DNA of 26,844 nt, filler included, from an uncultured virus (IMG/VR IMGVR_UViG_2061766007_000212) (Duplodnaviria > Heunggongvirae > Uroviricota > Caudoviricetes). It is 2 parts of one record of this genome, joined end to end, with 100 filler letters (N's around TTAATTAATTAA, not from the genome) between each part and the next. Parts side by side here need not be neighbours in the genome. Positions count along the whole stretch, not along the records: positions 1 to 12,229 come from IMGVR_UViG_2061766007_000212; 1 more part is not named here. One strand, written 5' to 3'. Below are positions 1-9,794 of the stretch, one piece after another; position 1 is the stretch's first letter, and the number at the start of each line of letters is the position of its first letter. The translations under genes and the position numbers were made by a program. The notes beneath the pieces were generated by a model. It made no database searches. It saw only the letters and a list, made by a program, of their open reading frames with translations, and was not told the DNA's origin.

Positions 1-70
1 ACTTGTACTTGTTGGAGTTATTCGCAGCCAGCAGGGCAGCGAAATAGGACAGGTACGGATACTGCTGCGC
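1..70 (-). CDS. Major capsid protein, N-terminal fragment (AQQYPYLSYFAALLAANNSNKYK), truncated by gap and window edge
   Basis: My translation of the minus strand; open frame adjacent to the capsid fragment at 81-274, at the expected position after the scaffold gene. Confidence 0.5.
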
Positions 71-80
71 NNNNNNNNNN

Positions 81-274
81 GGCGGCAACACCGGCGGTTT
101 CGTCAATGTCCATCGGGTCAACGAGAGTGTCCCATTCACGATCCATCTGGAGTTCGACAGCCTGCCACTGGTTTTCCCAGTTGCGGCTAAACTGACCGTC
201 AATGCTGTTGCGGTTAACCGCACGGGCACCGTTGACGGTGATGGTCGGGATGTACATGGTTTTACCCATGCCGG
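81..274 (-). CDS. Major capsid protein, internal fragment
   Basis: GKTMYIPTITVNG...LQMDREWDTLVDPMDIDET resembles Firmicutes siphophage major capsid proteins; last in portal-minor capsid-scaffold order. Confidence 0.7.
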
Positions 275-893
275 NNNNNNNNNNNNNNNNNNNNNNNNNN
301 NNNNNNNNNNNNNNNNNNNNNNNNNNNNNNNNNNNNNNNNNNNNNNNNNNNNNNNNNNNNNNNNNNNNNNNNNNNNNNNNNNNNNNNNNNNNNNNNNNNN
401 NNNNNNNNNNNNNNNNNNNNNNNNNNNNNNNNNNNNNNNNNNNNNNNNNNNNNNNNNNNNNNNNNNNNNNNNNNNNNNNNNNNNNNNNNNNNNNNNNNNN
501 NNNNNNNNNNNNNNNNNNNNNNNNNNNNNNNNNNNNNNNNNNNNNNNNNNNNNNNNNNNNNNNNNNNNNNNNNNNNNNNNNNNNNNNNNNNNNNNNNNNN
601 NNNNNNNNNNNNNNNNNNNNNNNNNNNNNNNNNNNNNNNNNNNNNNNNNNNNNNNNNNNNNNNNNNNNNNNNNNNNNNNNNNNNNNNNNNNNNNNNNNNN
701 NNNNNNNNNNNNNNNNNNNNNNNNNNNNNNNNNNNNNNNNNNNNNNNNNNNNNNNNNNNNNNNNNNNNNNNNNNNNNNNNNNNNNNNNNNNNNNNNNNNN
801 NNNNNNNNNNNNNNNNNNNNNNNNNNNNNNNNNNNNNNNNNNNNNNNNNNNNNNNNNNNNNNNNNNNNNNNNNNNNNNNNNNNNNNNNNNNNN

Positions 894-947
894 CAGGTCA
901 CCGTTTTCCGGGATAAACTCAGGCTTTACAAGGCTTGCCATGTCCAT
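894..947 (-). CDS. Small head-region protein, N-terminal fragment (allele of 10344-10565)
   Basis: MDMASLVKPEFIPENGDL identical to the start of 10344-10565; AAGGAGG RBS upstream. Confidence 0.7.
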
Positions 948-962
948 ATCGTTTTTCCTCCT

Positions 963-1148
963 TTAAACGGCCTTTTTAGCCGTTCTCTTTTTGCCTGTAG
1001 ATTTTCCTTTGCCTTCATCCGCAGGCGGGTTTTCGGGCTGTTTCTGCTCGTTTACAGGCATCAGGAAGCTGTCCGGGAGTTTCTCCCCGCAGTCGATGCA
1101 GAATAGCTCGCAATTAACGCTCTTGATCCGTTTGTGTTTACACTCCAT
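963..1148 (-). CDS. Small Cys-rich (putative Zn-binding) protein with basic tail
   Basis: MECKHKR...C...CIDCG; AAAGGAGG RBS before ATG at 1148; lies between the minor capsid stop and the next gene. Confidence 0.7.
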   Translation of the reverse strand: MECKHKRIKSVNCELFCIDCGEKLPDSFLMPVNEQKQPENPPADEGKGKSTGKKRTAKKAV

Positions 1149-1165
1149 TTTTCTGACCTCCTTTC

Positions 1166-1423
1166 TCATTCTTCCGGCCACTCGGCTTTTATTGGTGTCT
1201 GTTCTCTTGCTGACCTTCTCGCCCGTCCGGTGTCCTCGCAGAAATCGTTGAGTTCCGTCCGGGCGTTCTTGACCCGCAGTTTCTGCCGGGTGATTTCTTC
1301 CTCGTCGCCCCTGGCTTTCGCTGTCATCAGGTCACGCTTTGCGTATCTGTACTTCCGTTCAAGAGCTCGCTGTTCCTGACTCTGTTCGTACTCTTTGGCG
1401 TTTTGTTCCTCGGTCTGTTCCGG
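1166..1423 (-). CDS. Minor capsid protein, C-terminal fragment with stop (…QRALERKYRYAKRD…TGRARRSAREQTPIKAEWPEE*)
   Basis: Near-duplicate of 1434-1600; QRALER..R..KR is typical of Phage_min_cap2-like C-termini. Confidence 0.75.
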   Translation of the reverse strand, partial: PEQTEEQNAKEYEQSQEQRALERKYRYAKRDLMTAKARGDEEEITRQKLRVKNARTELNDFCEDTGRARRSAREQTPIKAEWPEE

Positions 1424-1433
1424 NNNNNNNNNN

Positions 1434-1653
1434 TGGCGTTCTTGACACGCAGTTTCTGCCTGGCGATTTCTTCCTCATCGCCCCTGGCTTTCGCTGTCAT
1501 CAGGTCTCGTTTTGCATATCGGAGTTTTCGTTCAAGAGCTCGCTGCTCCTGACTCTGTTCGTACTCTTTGGCGTTTTGTTCCTCGGTCTGTTCCGGCTGG
1601 CGGGGCTTGCTGAAGCCGGGGATGAACGGGATTGCGTAGTGTCCGCAGTTTAT
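1434..1653 (-). CDS. Minor capsid protein exon 2 (intron-containing allele), truncated by gap
   Basis: Begins INCGHYAIPFIPGFSK, continuing ...GLFG from 2772 exactly as in the uninterrupted allele (GLFGINCGHYKIPFIPGFSK, about 10603-10660). Confidence 0.88.
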
Positions 1654-1699
1654 CATGCTCAATTGCTTGAGGGTTGGACTATATCTTCANNNNNNNNNN

Positions 1700-1849
1700 C
1701 AGCGTTGTGCGGATATCCATTGTCACATACGCTTCAGGGCTCCAGTGATGGTTACCGGCATCCACGTATCCCGTGATCCCGTTATCAACCATTTTCTGCA
1801 CCGCATCCCGGACAGCCTGATTCAGCGAGGAAACCCCGGAAACCACTTC
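1700..1849 (-). other. Mis-scaffolded fragment of another minor capsid allele (EVVSGVSSLNQ…MDIRTTL) dropped inside the intron
   Basis: Flanked by 10-N spacers; near copy of about 3000-3147; intron sequence either side joins into the P8 hairpin CATCC-GAAA-GGATG followed by S. Confidence 0.85.
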
Positions 1850-1953
1850 NNNNNNNNNNTCCTTTCGGATGCCTTGCACTTGGGCGGGTAACTCATCCTC
1901 CCGCCTACTCGCCTACATTCATCAGCGATAGTCTCTTGACCGTTCACAAGTGT

Positions 1954-1996
1954 TTGCAATTCATCCCGTATTTTGATATAATATCATCAGGAGGTG
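1954..1996 (+). promoter_or_regulatory. Sigma-A-type promoter and RBS for the homing endonuclease
   Basis: TTGCAA (1954-1959), 17 bp, TG-n-TATAAT (1977-1982); AGGAGGTG before ATG 2002. Confidence 0.8.
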
Positions 1997-2001
1997 ACAC
2001 C

Positions 2002-2637
2002 ATGGAAAAGATTTGCTGTGTCTACAAACTGACGAATACCGTAACAGGGAAATTCTATGTCGGAAGCACTTTCAACTTTTATTCCCGGATGAAGTACCAC
2101 CATTATTCTCATCAGCGGAACCCCAACAAAGAACTCGGTTCCGATATTGAGAAGTACGGTTGGAAAGCGTTCTCCGCTGAAATTCTGGAACGTTGTACCC
2201 GTGAGAATGTCCGGGAATGTGAGCGGTTTTACATTGATTCGCTCAACGCCGTTGAACTCGGATATAATCAGACGCACTCGACAACGTATAGCGACTTTAT
2301 GAAAGGGCTGAACGCTGAAAACTGGCGTGATCCTGAATACCGGAAACGCCGTTCCGAACAGTCAAGTGCTGTTCAGAAACAGCGGCTCCAGAACCCGGAA
2401 TATCTGAAGGAAAAATCCGAGCAGTTGAAACGCTTTACCGACACCCTGAAAAAGCCTGTCGGGATGTTCACCAAAGAAGGTGAATTGCTCCGCACATTCG
2501 AAGGAACCCGTGCCGCTGAACGTTGGCTGATTGAGCATGGTATCACTCAATCACCGAACGCCAGTTCATCCATCGCCAACTGTGCAAATGGCGGTCGGCA
2601 TAAGTCCGTTTACGGTTATGTGTGGAAATACTTGTGA
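2002..2637 (+). CDS. GIY-YIG homing endonuclease with C-terminal NUMOD1/IENR1-like DNA-binding domain
   Basis: CVYKLTN…KFYVGST…R…H, ECERFYI, GYN catalytic motifs; C-terminal KKPV…GELLRTF…AA…SSIANCA…K…YGYVWKY. Confidence 0.9.
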   Translation: MEKICCVYKLTNTVTGKFYVGSTFNFYSRMKYHHYSHQRNPNKELGSDIEKYGWKAFSAEILERCTRENVRECERFYIDSLNAVELGYNQTHSTTYSDFMKGLNAENWRDPEYRKRRSEQSSAVQKQRLQNPEYLKEKSEQLKRFTDTLKKPVGMFTKEGELLRTFEGTRAAERWLIEHGITQSPNASSSIANCANGGRHKSVYGYVWKYL

Positions 2638-2771
2638 CTTGGCACAGGATTGCCCGTGAAGGGTTTCCCTGTTAGCATAAACATTCAACGCCATTTCCTG
2701 CGTTTGCCGTAGCTGTTCATACACCCTTGAGTAATCAGGTTCACAAGGTTTCAGTTCGGCATAAACTGTCT

Positions 2772-3662
2772 ACCGAACAAACCAGCCGGTTCTCCGTAGC
2801 TGGTTTCAGATAATGCGAACACCTCGACGGTATTTCCGTCGAGGTCTGTTGTGCTGCCGTGGGGGCCTGCTCTCGCAATAACCTTGCCTTGCCACGGGTA
2901 ACATAACGGTCTTGCCCCATCGTGCCATGAAACAACAAACAAATCATCGCCATATGCGTCCATTTGTTCAAACACGGCTTCACGTGCGGTATTCGCAAGC
3001 GTTGTCCTTATGTCCATCGTGACATACGCTTCAGGGCTCCAGTGATGGTTGCCGGCATCCACGTATCCCGTGATCCCGTTATCAACCATTTTCTGTACCG
3101 CATCCCGGACAGCCTGATTCAGCGAGGAAACCCCGGAAACCACTTCGCCGGTTGCGGTGTTCAGAATGCCCTGTGTCCGTTCAATTCTGACGGCGATATC
3201 TGCGACTGTTGCCCGGTATGCTTCCTGTGTGCTTTCCAGCATGACCGTATTCACAAGGTTCAGTTTGTCCGCTGACTGCTGATAGAACGCCTTGAACGCC
3301 TGCGTCATGTTAGGTGCGGTTTCCGGAGGTAGAAACCCTTCTCCAAGCAGCAGCCCTTTTTCTGCGGCCTTCCGCAGGTCAGGCTCGACCTTCTTGATGC
3401 TTTCCCGGATGGTTTCTTCCAGCAAGTCAGCAAGGGCGGCATCTGCACCCTTCATGCTCTCAAGGATGATCGCTTCTGTTTCCCTTGTGACCTGTCCAAG
3501 TTCAGCCAGCTTTCGTATCTGGTATTCCCAACTGCCGCCGGGTGTCATGCCTTCGGCAATGTACGGGAAATGCCGGGCGAGGTTGATCAGGATGCGGTCA
3601 ACAACTGCCCCGTATACTTCACCCATTCGCCATGACATTTCCTCAATCCAGCGAGGATTCAT
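2772..3662 (-). CDS. Minor capsid protein (Phage_min_cap2-like) exon 1
   Basis: Directly after the portal; GYVDAG.HHWSPEAYV.M.IRTT and VSWH.GARP.C.PWQGKV motifs; frame interrupted after GLFG by the intron. Confidence 0.88.
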
Positions 3663-3666
3663 CTAA

Positions 3667-3715
3667 TCACTCCATCCCGCCGAATATCCGGTCAACAACA
3701 ACGCCGTTCGTCCTG
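3667..3715 (-). CDS. Portal protein, extreme C-terminus fragment
   Basis: RTNGVVVDRIFGGME* matches the ends at 4238 and 11546. Confidence 0.8.
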
Positions 3716-3725
3716 NNNNNNNNNN

Positions 3726-4232
3726 TGTGTTCAAGATGCCTTGAGCGTTCTCCATCCTGACGGCGATATCTGCCACCGTTGCCCGGTACGCCTGTTGCGT
3801 GCTTTCGAGCATGACCGTGTTCACAAGGTTTAATTTATCTGCGCTCTGCTGATAAAACGCCTTGAACGCCTGTGTCATGCTCGGTGCTGTTTCCGGCGGC
3901 AGGAAGCCTTCGCCGAGCAACAGGCCTTTTTCTGCGGCTTTCCGCAGGTCCGGCTCGACCTTCTTGATGCTTTCCCGGATGGTTTCCTCCAGCAGGTCAG
4001 CGAGGGCTGCATCCGCACCTTTCATGCTTTCCAGAATGATCGCTTCGGTTTCCCTTGTAACCTTCCCCAGTTCAGCCAGCTTGCGGATCTGATAGTCCCA
4101 ACTGCCGCCAGGTGTCCTTCCTTCGGCAATGTACGGGAAATGCCGGGCAAGGTTTATCAGGATCCTGTCAGTAACCGCCCCGTATACTTCGCCCATACGC
4201 CATGACATTTCCTCAATCCAGCGAGGGTTCAT
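3726..4232 (-). CDS. Minor capsid protein, N-terminal fragment (another allele)
   Basis: Near-identical to the 3662 and 11541 starts (MNPRWIEEMSWRMGEVY). Confidence 0.85.
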
Positions 4233-4237
4233 TCAGA

Positions 4238-4952
4238 TCACTCCATCCCGCCGAATATCCGGTCAACAACAACGCCGTTCGTCCTGTTTTCCTCTGCGAT
4301 CCGCTTGAGTTCTTCATCAGCCTGCTCCGGGGTCAGCCCCTGTCCGTACTTGCGATCTGTCAGGAAAGTATGCTTCGACAGCAGCCCGGCTCCGACCAGC
4401 ATTACGCCTTCGTTGATGTTCGTCTGCCGGTCCTGTGTCACGCCATCGTCAAAGGTAACGCTGACATGGTAGCCGCCGGATGCCAGGCTTTCGATGCTCT
4501 GGCCTTCGTATTCCATCTCGTACAGAACAGCCACATCGATGATATTCCGCACAAGATGCTCGATTGCAGGGGCGAGCTGGTTCTGGATCGTTTTGATGGT
4601 TTTATACGTTTTGCTGTTCTCGCTGACAACCTCTGTCGCCGTTTTCAGCCCGGTGTGCTGGTCAAACGTAAACGTGCCGGCAGAAAAGCCCGTTTGCAGA
4701 CAAAGGATCGACAAAAAAGCGTTAATGGCCCGGATATGCTCCTCGACCCGCAGCTCCACGCTGTTATCCTGAATATGCAGGTCTTCAGCCGTATCCGTTG
4801 CCATGGCTTCGTATACTTCATCGTTCGGATCGAAGTACCGAACCTGTTCGCCTGTAATCGGATCAACAATAACCTTGATGCACCTTGCAGGGACGATGAT
4901 CTTTTTCCTGCCGAGCCGGAACTCTGATACGAATGAGTCATAGCAGATATCC
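4238..4952 (-). CDS. Portal protein (A118 gp3-like), C-terminal part
   Basis: SFVSEFRLGRKKIIVP…GFSAGTFTFD…GLKTATEVVSENSKT…VTFDDGV motifs; between terL and minor capsid. Confidence 0.88.
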
Positions 4953-4962
4953 NNNNNNNNNN

Positions 4963-5468
4963 CGCGATCCGCTTCAGTTCTTCCTCAGCCTGCTCCGGGG
5001 TGAGTCCCTGGCCGTACTTGCGATCTGTGAGGAACGTATACTTCGACAGCAGCCCGGCTCCGACCAGCATCACGCCTTCGTTGATGTTCGTTTGCCGGTC
5101 CTGTATCACGCCATCGTCAAAGGTAACGCTGACATGGTAGCCGCCGGATGCCAGGCTTTCGATGCTCTGGCCCTCGTAATCCATCTCGTACAGGATAGCC
5201 ACATCGATGATATTCCGTACCAGATGCTCGATTGCCGGGGCGAGCTGGTTCTGGATCGTCTTGATGGTCTTGTAGGTTTTACTGTTCTCGCTTACCACCT
5301 CTGTAGCCGTTTTAAGGCCCGTATGCTGGTCGAATGTAAACGTGCCAGCAGAGAAACCAGTCTGCAGGCAAAGGATCGATAAAAAGGCGTTTATGGCCCG
5401 AATATGTTCCTCGACCCTCAGCTCCACGCTGTTATCCTGTATATGCAGGTCTTCAGCCGTATCCGTTG
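4963..5468 (-). CDS. Portal protein, C-terminal fragment (another allele)
   Basis: Near-duplicate of 4300-4800 with mostly synonymous changes. Confidence 0.85.
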
Positions 5469-6101
5469 NNNNNNNNNNNNNNNNNNNNNNNNNNNNNNNN
5501 NNNNNNNNNNNNNNNNNNNNNNNNNNNNNNNNNNNNNNNNNNNNNNNNNNNNNNNNNNNNNNNNNNNNNNNNNNNNNNNNNNNNNNNNNNNNNNNNNNNN
5601 NNNNNNNNNNNNNNNNNNNNNNNNNNNNNNNNNNNNNNNNNNNNNNNNNNNNNNNNNNNNNNNNNNNNNNNNNNNNNNNNNNNNNNNNNNNNNNNNNNNN
5701 NNNNNNNNNNNNNNNNNNNNNNNNNNNNNNNNNNNNNNNNNNNNNNNNNNNNNNNNNNNNNNNNNNNNNNNNNNNNNNNNNNNNNNNNNNNNNNNNNNNN
5801 NNNNNNNNNNNNNNNNNNNNNNNNNNNNNNNNNNNNNNNNNNNNNNNNNNNNNNNNNNNNNNNNNNNNNNNNNNNNNNNNNNNNNNNNNNNNNNNNNNNN
5901 NNNNNNNNNNNNNNNNNNNNNNNNNNNNNNNNNNNNNNNNNNNNNNNNNNNNNNNNNNNNNNNNNNNNNNNNNNNNNNNNNNNNNNNNNNNNNNNNNNNN
6001 NNNNNNNNNNNNNNNNNNNNNNNNNNNNNNNNNNNNNNNNNNNNNNNNNNNNNNNNNNNNNNNNNNNNNNNNNNNNNNNNNNNNNNNNNNNNNNNNNNNN
6101 N

Positions 6102-6751
6102 GATGAATTGATCGGCCATTGCGTACCCGATATTGATCTTCCGGGTGTCCGGAATCTCGTTGCCTTCATTATCACGCATGATATCGGAATAGGTCTTCAT
6201 TGCTGACCCGCCCAGGGCTANNNNNNNNNNAATGAACTGGTCGGCCATTGCGTACCCGATATTGATTTTCCGGGTGTCCGGGATCTCGTTGCCTTCATCA
6301 TCACGCATGATATCGGAATAGGTCTTCATTGCTGACCCGCCCAGGGCTANNNNNNNNNNNNNNNNNNNNNNNNNNNNNNNNNNNNNNNNNNNNNNNNNNN
6401 NNNNNNNNNNNNNNNTGAGCGATGCCATTTCCGCACAGATCGCTTTCGCTGTGTTCAGCCTGAACATCATTCGNNNNNNNNNNTTCGTAATACTGGTTGA
6501 AAGCAGGAACCCCGCCCAACTCAAATACACTCTTNNNNNNNNNNTGTCGGAGCCGGGATCAGGTGCCACAGCTTATAGAAGCCCCTGTACAACCATTTCC
6601 AGATGAAAATGCCGAACTCGTAATACTGGTTGAAAGCAGGAACCCCGCCCAACTCAAACACACTCTTGAACTCCCGGGCCAGTCCGGTATTGGCTCCCGT
6701 TCTCTGCATCCAGTTTCGCCACCTTTGTTTCAGTTTCTCTAACATGATCAT
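6102..6751 (-). CDS. Portal protein, N-terminal fragments (several alleles, broken by gaps)
   Basis: Start MIMLEKLKQRWRNWM overlaps the terL stop; fragments WKWLYRG, LNTAKAICAEMASL, ALGGSAMK…ADQFI typical of A118-type portals. Confidence 0.78.
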
Positions 6752-8038
6752 CCCCACAATCCGTAGGTTTTCGCATAATGGTTGTGACCGTACCTTGTCG
6801 CATCCATGACGTGGTTGTAAGCATCCACCGGCTCGCCTTTTTCATTTACGCAGTACAGTCCTGCTTCTTTGATGAAAGGCTCTGTTCCGTATCGTTCGTC
6901 CTCGACCAGATAGAATCGCCCGTCATTGATGGACGATTGAAGCATTTCAATACCGCACATCAAGCCCTTTGTGGATCCCTTGATATCGTGTGCGTTATTG
7001 TCTGCGCCGCTGGTCATGATGCCGAACTTTTCGATCTCCAGCCGTAGAGCCTTGCAGGCCGGGTCGATGTACACGTCCGTTTCCCTCATGCCGTANNNNN
7101 NNNNNGGGGAGATACTCTCCGCAGATATGCTTCGCCTGGTCACTCATCGCCATCGATCCACCGTCATAGTGCCAGTTGCCGACCATGAACAGGGTGTAAT
7201 TCTGCGGCCTTGTAAACGGACCTACATTCTCCGCTGCTACAATGAAAAAGCCGATGCTCGTTGCATCGGTTGTTCCGCCGTCACCGGCCACGAAAGCTTC
7301 AATCGGTGTGAACCTTTCCGGGATCTTGTTCAGCACGTGCTTGTCCGGGTTGAACATCCAGTAGATAACCCCTTCCGGGATCACCCGCTCGCCGAGCCAA
7401 TCGCGCTTATACAGGAAAGGGCTTTTCCTGCAGGCCCGCTCAATATCGGCCAGCCGTTCCGGGGTCAGGATCGGGTTATCCTCGCACCGCCAGTGAATGA
7501 ACCGGCAATCTTGAACGTTCAGCACGTTCTTTATGCAAGGATCAGCCGGTGACGGTGGATTCAGATCAGCGATATGCCAGCGATCCTTCGCCGCGTATGT
7601 CCGGCGGAAGCACTCCTGCACCATGCTGTCATGCAATAGGTTGATTTCGCAGAAATACACGGAACCGAGTGACATACCGGTTATTGCTTTGTGGCTGTCC
7701 GCCTTGCCGCCGCCTTTCCAGTAAACCTTCTTTTCCGTTCCGTCCGGGAAGTTGACGACCAGGTGCGCCCCGGAATCGTCATGTGATGTCCGGCAGAATC
7801 CTTTGAATATATGCAGCAAGCCGAACCCGTCACCGTCCATGATAAGCCTGTATGCTTGCTCCGCACTGTACGCAACGACCAGATGATTCGTATCCCGGCT
7901 TCCGGCAAGGTGAATAGCAAACCGCATGATCCCGGCGGTGGTTTTTCCGCTTCTGGGCGTTCCTTCCAGCCAGTCAAGCGTCCGGTCATACGGAAGATCG
8001 TTGACAAGCTCGCTCTGCTTCGCGCTCCATTCAGCCAT
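6748..8038 (-). CDS. terL: Terminase large subunit (PBSX-like), allele A; 10-N gap at 7096-7105
   Basis: Walker A EGTPRSGKT, Walker B VYFCEINL, ADLNPPSP, nuclease DGG…YIDPA…NHVMDATRY. Confidence 0.92.
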
Positions 8039-8519
8039 TACCGAGCCGCCTCCTTGATGCTTCCACAAAATCCCGCATCAGGTCACTTCCGGCGGTTTCC
8101 GTTGATACCATATCAGCAGTCAGATCCCGGTATGTCGCCGCCAGGTCGCGAAGTTTGAAAACCTTTGTCGCTTCCTTTGTCTTTCCCTTGTCGCGCTCGA
8201 TCATGCTTTGCCTGGTTTCCGTTCCGATTGAGTCCGGCAGGCTGTCCAGTTCCTTTTCCAGCTTCCGCAGGAGTTTCGCCTTGATCCGGGCGGCGATCGT
8301 CGCATTATCGGCGGCTGTTGTGGCGATTTTCTGCTCGACTTTGGCTTGCGCTTTGCTCATGGCTCTTTCCCGGTCTTTGACCCATCCGTCGCGGATGGAC
8401 TTATCCCGGATCCTGCCGTAATCAATGCCGTATTTTGCAGCGAGCTTTCTTTGGCTTATACCGCCGGCGATGTATTCATCGTGCAGGGCTTGCCAGTCCG
8501 GCACTTTCTTCCTGGCAAT
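8031..8519 (-). CDS. terS: Terminase small subunit, allele A (start ATT 8519 or GTG 8504)
   Basis: DW…EYIAGGISQRKLAAKYGI N-terminal HTH; stop overlaps the terL start. Confidence 0.8.
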   Translation of the reverse strand: MARKKVPDWQALHDEYIAGGISQRKLAAKYGIDYGRIRDKSIRDGWVKDRERAMSKAQAKVEQKIATTAADNATIAARIKAKLLRKLEKELDSLPDSIGTETRQSMIERDKGKTKEATKVFKLRDLAATYRDLTADMVSTETAGSDLMRDFVEASRRRLGNG

Positions 8520-9192
8520 CGTAATCGCCTTCCTTTCTTCGTGTCAGCAGATAGAAGAACGGAGTGTCCAAAGCGGCCAGGATGAACTTTAAGGCATACT
8601 GTCCGAGCATCATTGCAAACAGGCTTGGCCACATTGCCCGGTCAAAGAACCATCCGAAGCCTATTCCAAAGGAAATGCCGATGAACAATACCGTGTCGAT
8701 AATCTGGCTGGTCATTGTGCTTGCATTATTCCAGATCCAGCGGCCGCCGTCCGTGCTTCCATGCTTTGCAATGAATTTATCCCGGATTTTGTGGAAGAAA
8801 AACACGTCCCAGCTTTGGGAAGCAAAATACGCGACCATGGATCCGATAACAAAAATCCAGTTCTGACCGAGCAGTCTTTCGTATGCTGTCTGCGCTTCAG
8901 GATCAGCAGCTGGAAGATACTGTGTAAGTATGATCAGAAGGGTTGCGAGAACCTGTCCGACAAATCCCCATCTGACCGTCCGGTTTGCTTCCTTCTTTCC
9001 CCAGATTTCGCCGATCACGTCTGTTGCCAGGAAAGTGATCGCGTAACAGAGAGCCGCGCCAGGGAGCGTCAGAGCAGTTCCGAAGAGATTGATCCCCGTT
9101 GCGAACAGCTTTGCCGTCACAACGTTGGAGATTACCAGGGCGACAACGAATACCATGTTGATTCCGATCAGGTTTGAGTTGGTTTTTTTCAT
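8476..9192 (-). CDS. yhhQ: Queuosine-precursor transporter (VUT/YhhQ, COG1738), allele A
   Basis: Hydrophobic; ISNVVTAK, FLATDVIGEIWG, AYFASQSWDV, NNASTMTSQIIDT, LDTPFFY motifs; follows queC. Confidence 0.9.
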   Translation of the reverse strand: MKKTNSNLIGINMVFVVALVISNVVTAKLFATGINLFGTALTLPGAALCYAITFLATDVIGEIWGKKEANRTVRWGFVGQVLATLLIILTQYLPAADPEAQTAYERLLGQNWIFVIGSMVAYFASQSWDVFFFHKIRDKFIAKHGSTDGGRWIWNNASTMTSQIIDTVLFIGISFGIGFGWFFDRAMWPSLFAMMLGQYALKFILAALDTPFFYLLTRRKEGDYDCQEESAGLASPAR

Positions 9193-9217
9193 AGGTGTTT
9201 CCTACCTCTTCCTTTTT

Positions 9218-9481
9218 TTATTGCACCGGGTCTTTTAGCCCGTTTGCTTCAAATGCTTTTTTTCGATCAATACAGGTTCCGCATTTTCCGCAGGGATGCT
9301 CCCCGCCTTCATAGCATGACCATGTGAGATCATAGGGTACGCCGAGCATTGTTCCTTCGTAAACAATATCGGCTTTGGTTTTTTCGATGAACGGCGCGAT
9401 GACTTCCACCTGTCCATCTGTTCCGAAGATGATCGCCCGGTTGATTGCCGCCGTGAACTCCGGCGTACAATCCGGATACGC
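9218..9481 (-). CDS. queC: QueC, C-terminal fragment (allele A)
   Basis: YPDC…TWSCY…CGKCGTC Zn site. Confidence 0.88.
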   Translation of the reverse strand, partial: AYPDCTPEFTAAINRAIIFGTDGQVEVIAPFIEKTKADIVYEGTMLGVPYDLTWSCYEGGEHPCGKCGTCIDRKKAFEANGLKDPVQ

Positions 9482-9491
9482 NNNNNNNNNN

Positions 9492-9654
9492 CTTCTCGCG
9501 GATGCCCGGAAGTTGTTCAGCGGCAGGTTTCGCTTCCGGACCATGATCCATCATTCCGTAAACCTGTTCCCGGAACTTTGGTTTAACCCCGGCGAAATCG
9601 TCTCCGTTNNNNNNNNNNCTGTGCTTTCAGATCAGCCCTTTTGAAGAGTGCCAT
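9492..9654 (-). CDS. Head scaffolding protein fragments (start MALFKRADLK and internal NGDDFAGVKPKFREQVYGMMDH…)
   Basis: Same start and leader as 9973-10203; broken by N spacers. Confidence 0.6.
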
Positions 9655-9734
9655 TTTTACCGTCCTTTCTTTCCGTCCTGACGATGGACGAACCGAAGTT
9701 GTTTACCGCCGACCTTCCACGGCGTAATTGGTAT

Positions 9735-9759
9735 GAAAAAAGCACCCTTTCGGATGCTT
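9735..9759 (-). terminator. Intrinsic terminator-like hairpin upstream of the scaffold leader
   Basis: GCATCC-GAAA-GGGTGC followed by T6; second allele at 10285-10306 keeps the pairing. Confidence 0.65.
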
Positions 9760-9794
9760 ATTCATCGAGTATGTTTTACTTGGCTGCTACTTGA

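Larger units (their letters stand above)
1654..2771 (-). ncRNA. Group I self-splicing intron (IA2-like) in the minor capsid gene, with homing endonuclease in the P6 loop
   Basis: 5' exon ends in U (GGT|) and intron ends in G. P1 GTTCGGT/GCCGAAC has the U-G pair; P10 CAGTTTAT pairs with 3' exon ATAAACTG. P/Q TAACAGGGAAA…AATCCTGTGCC, R GTCAAGAGACTA, S AAGATATAGTCC, P9 CTCAA-GCAA-TTGAG. Confidence 0.93.

Noticed and set aside
1936..2001. Upstream TTG extension of the GIY-YIG ORF
   Set aside because: Overlaps the intron core and promoter; the strong RBS supports ATG 2002.
2751..2771. Premature stop suggesting a truncated or pseudogenised minor capsid gene
   Set aside because: The stop lies within the intron P1 region; splicing restores the frame.
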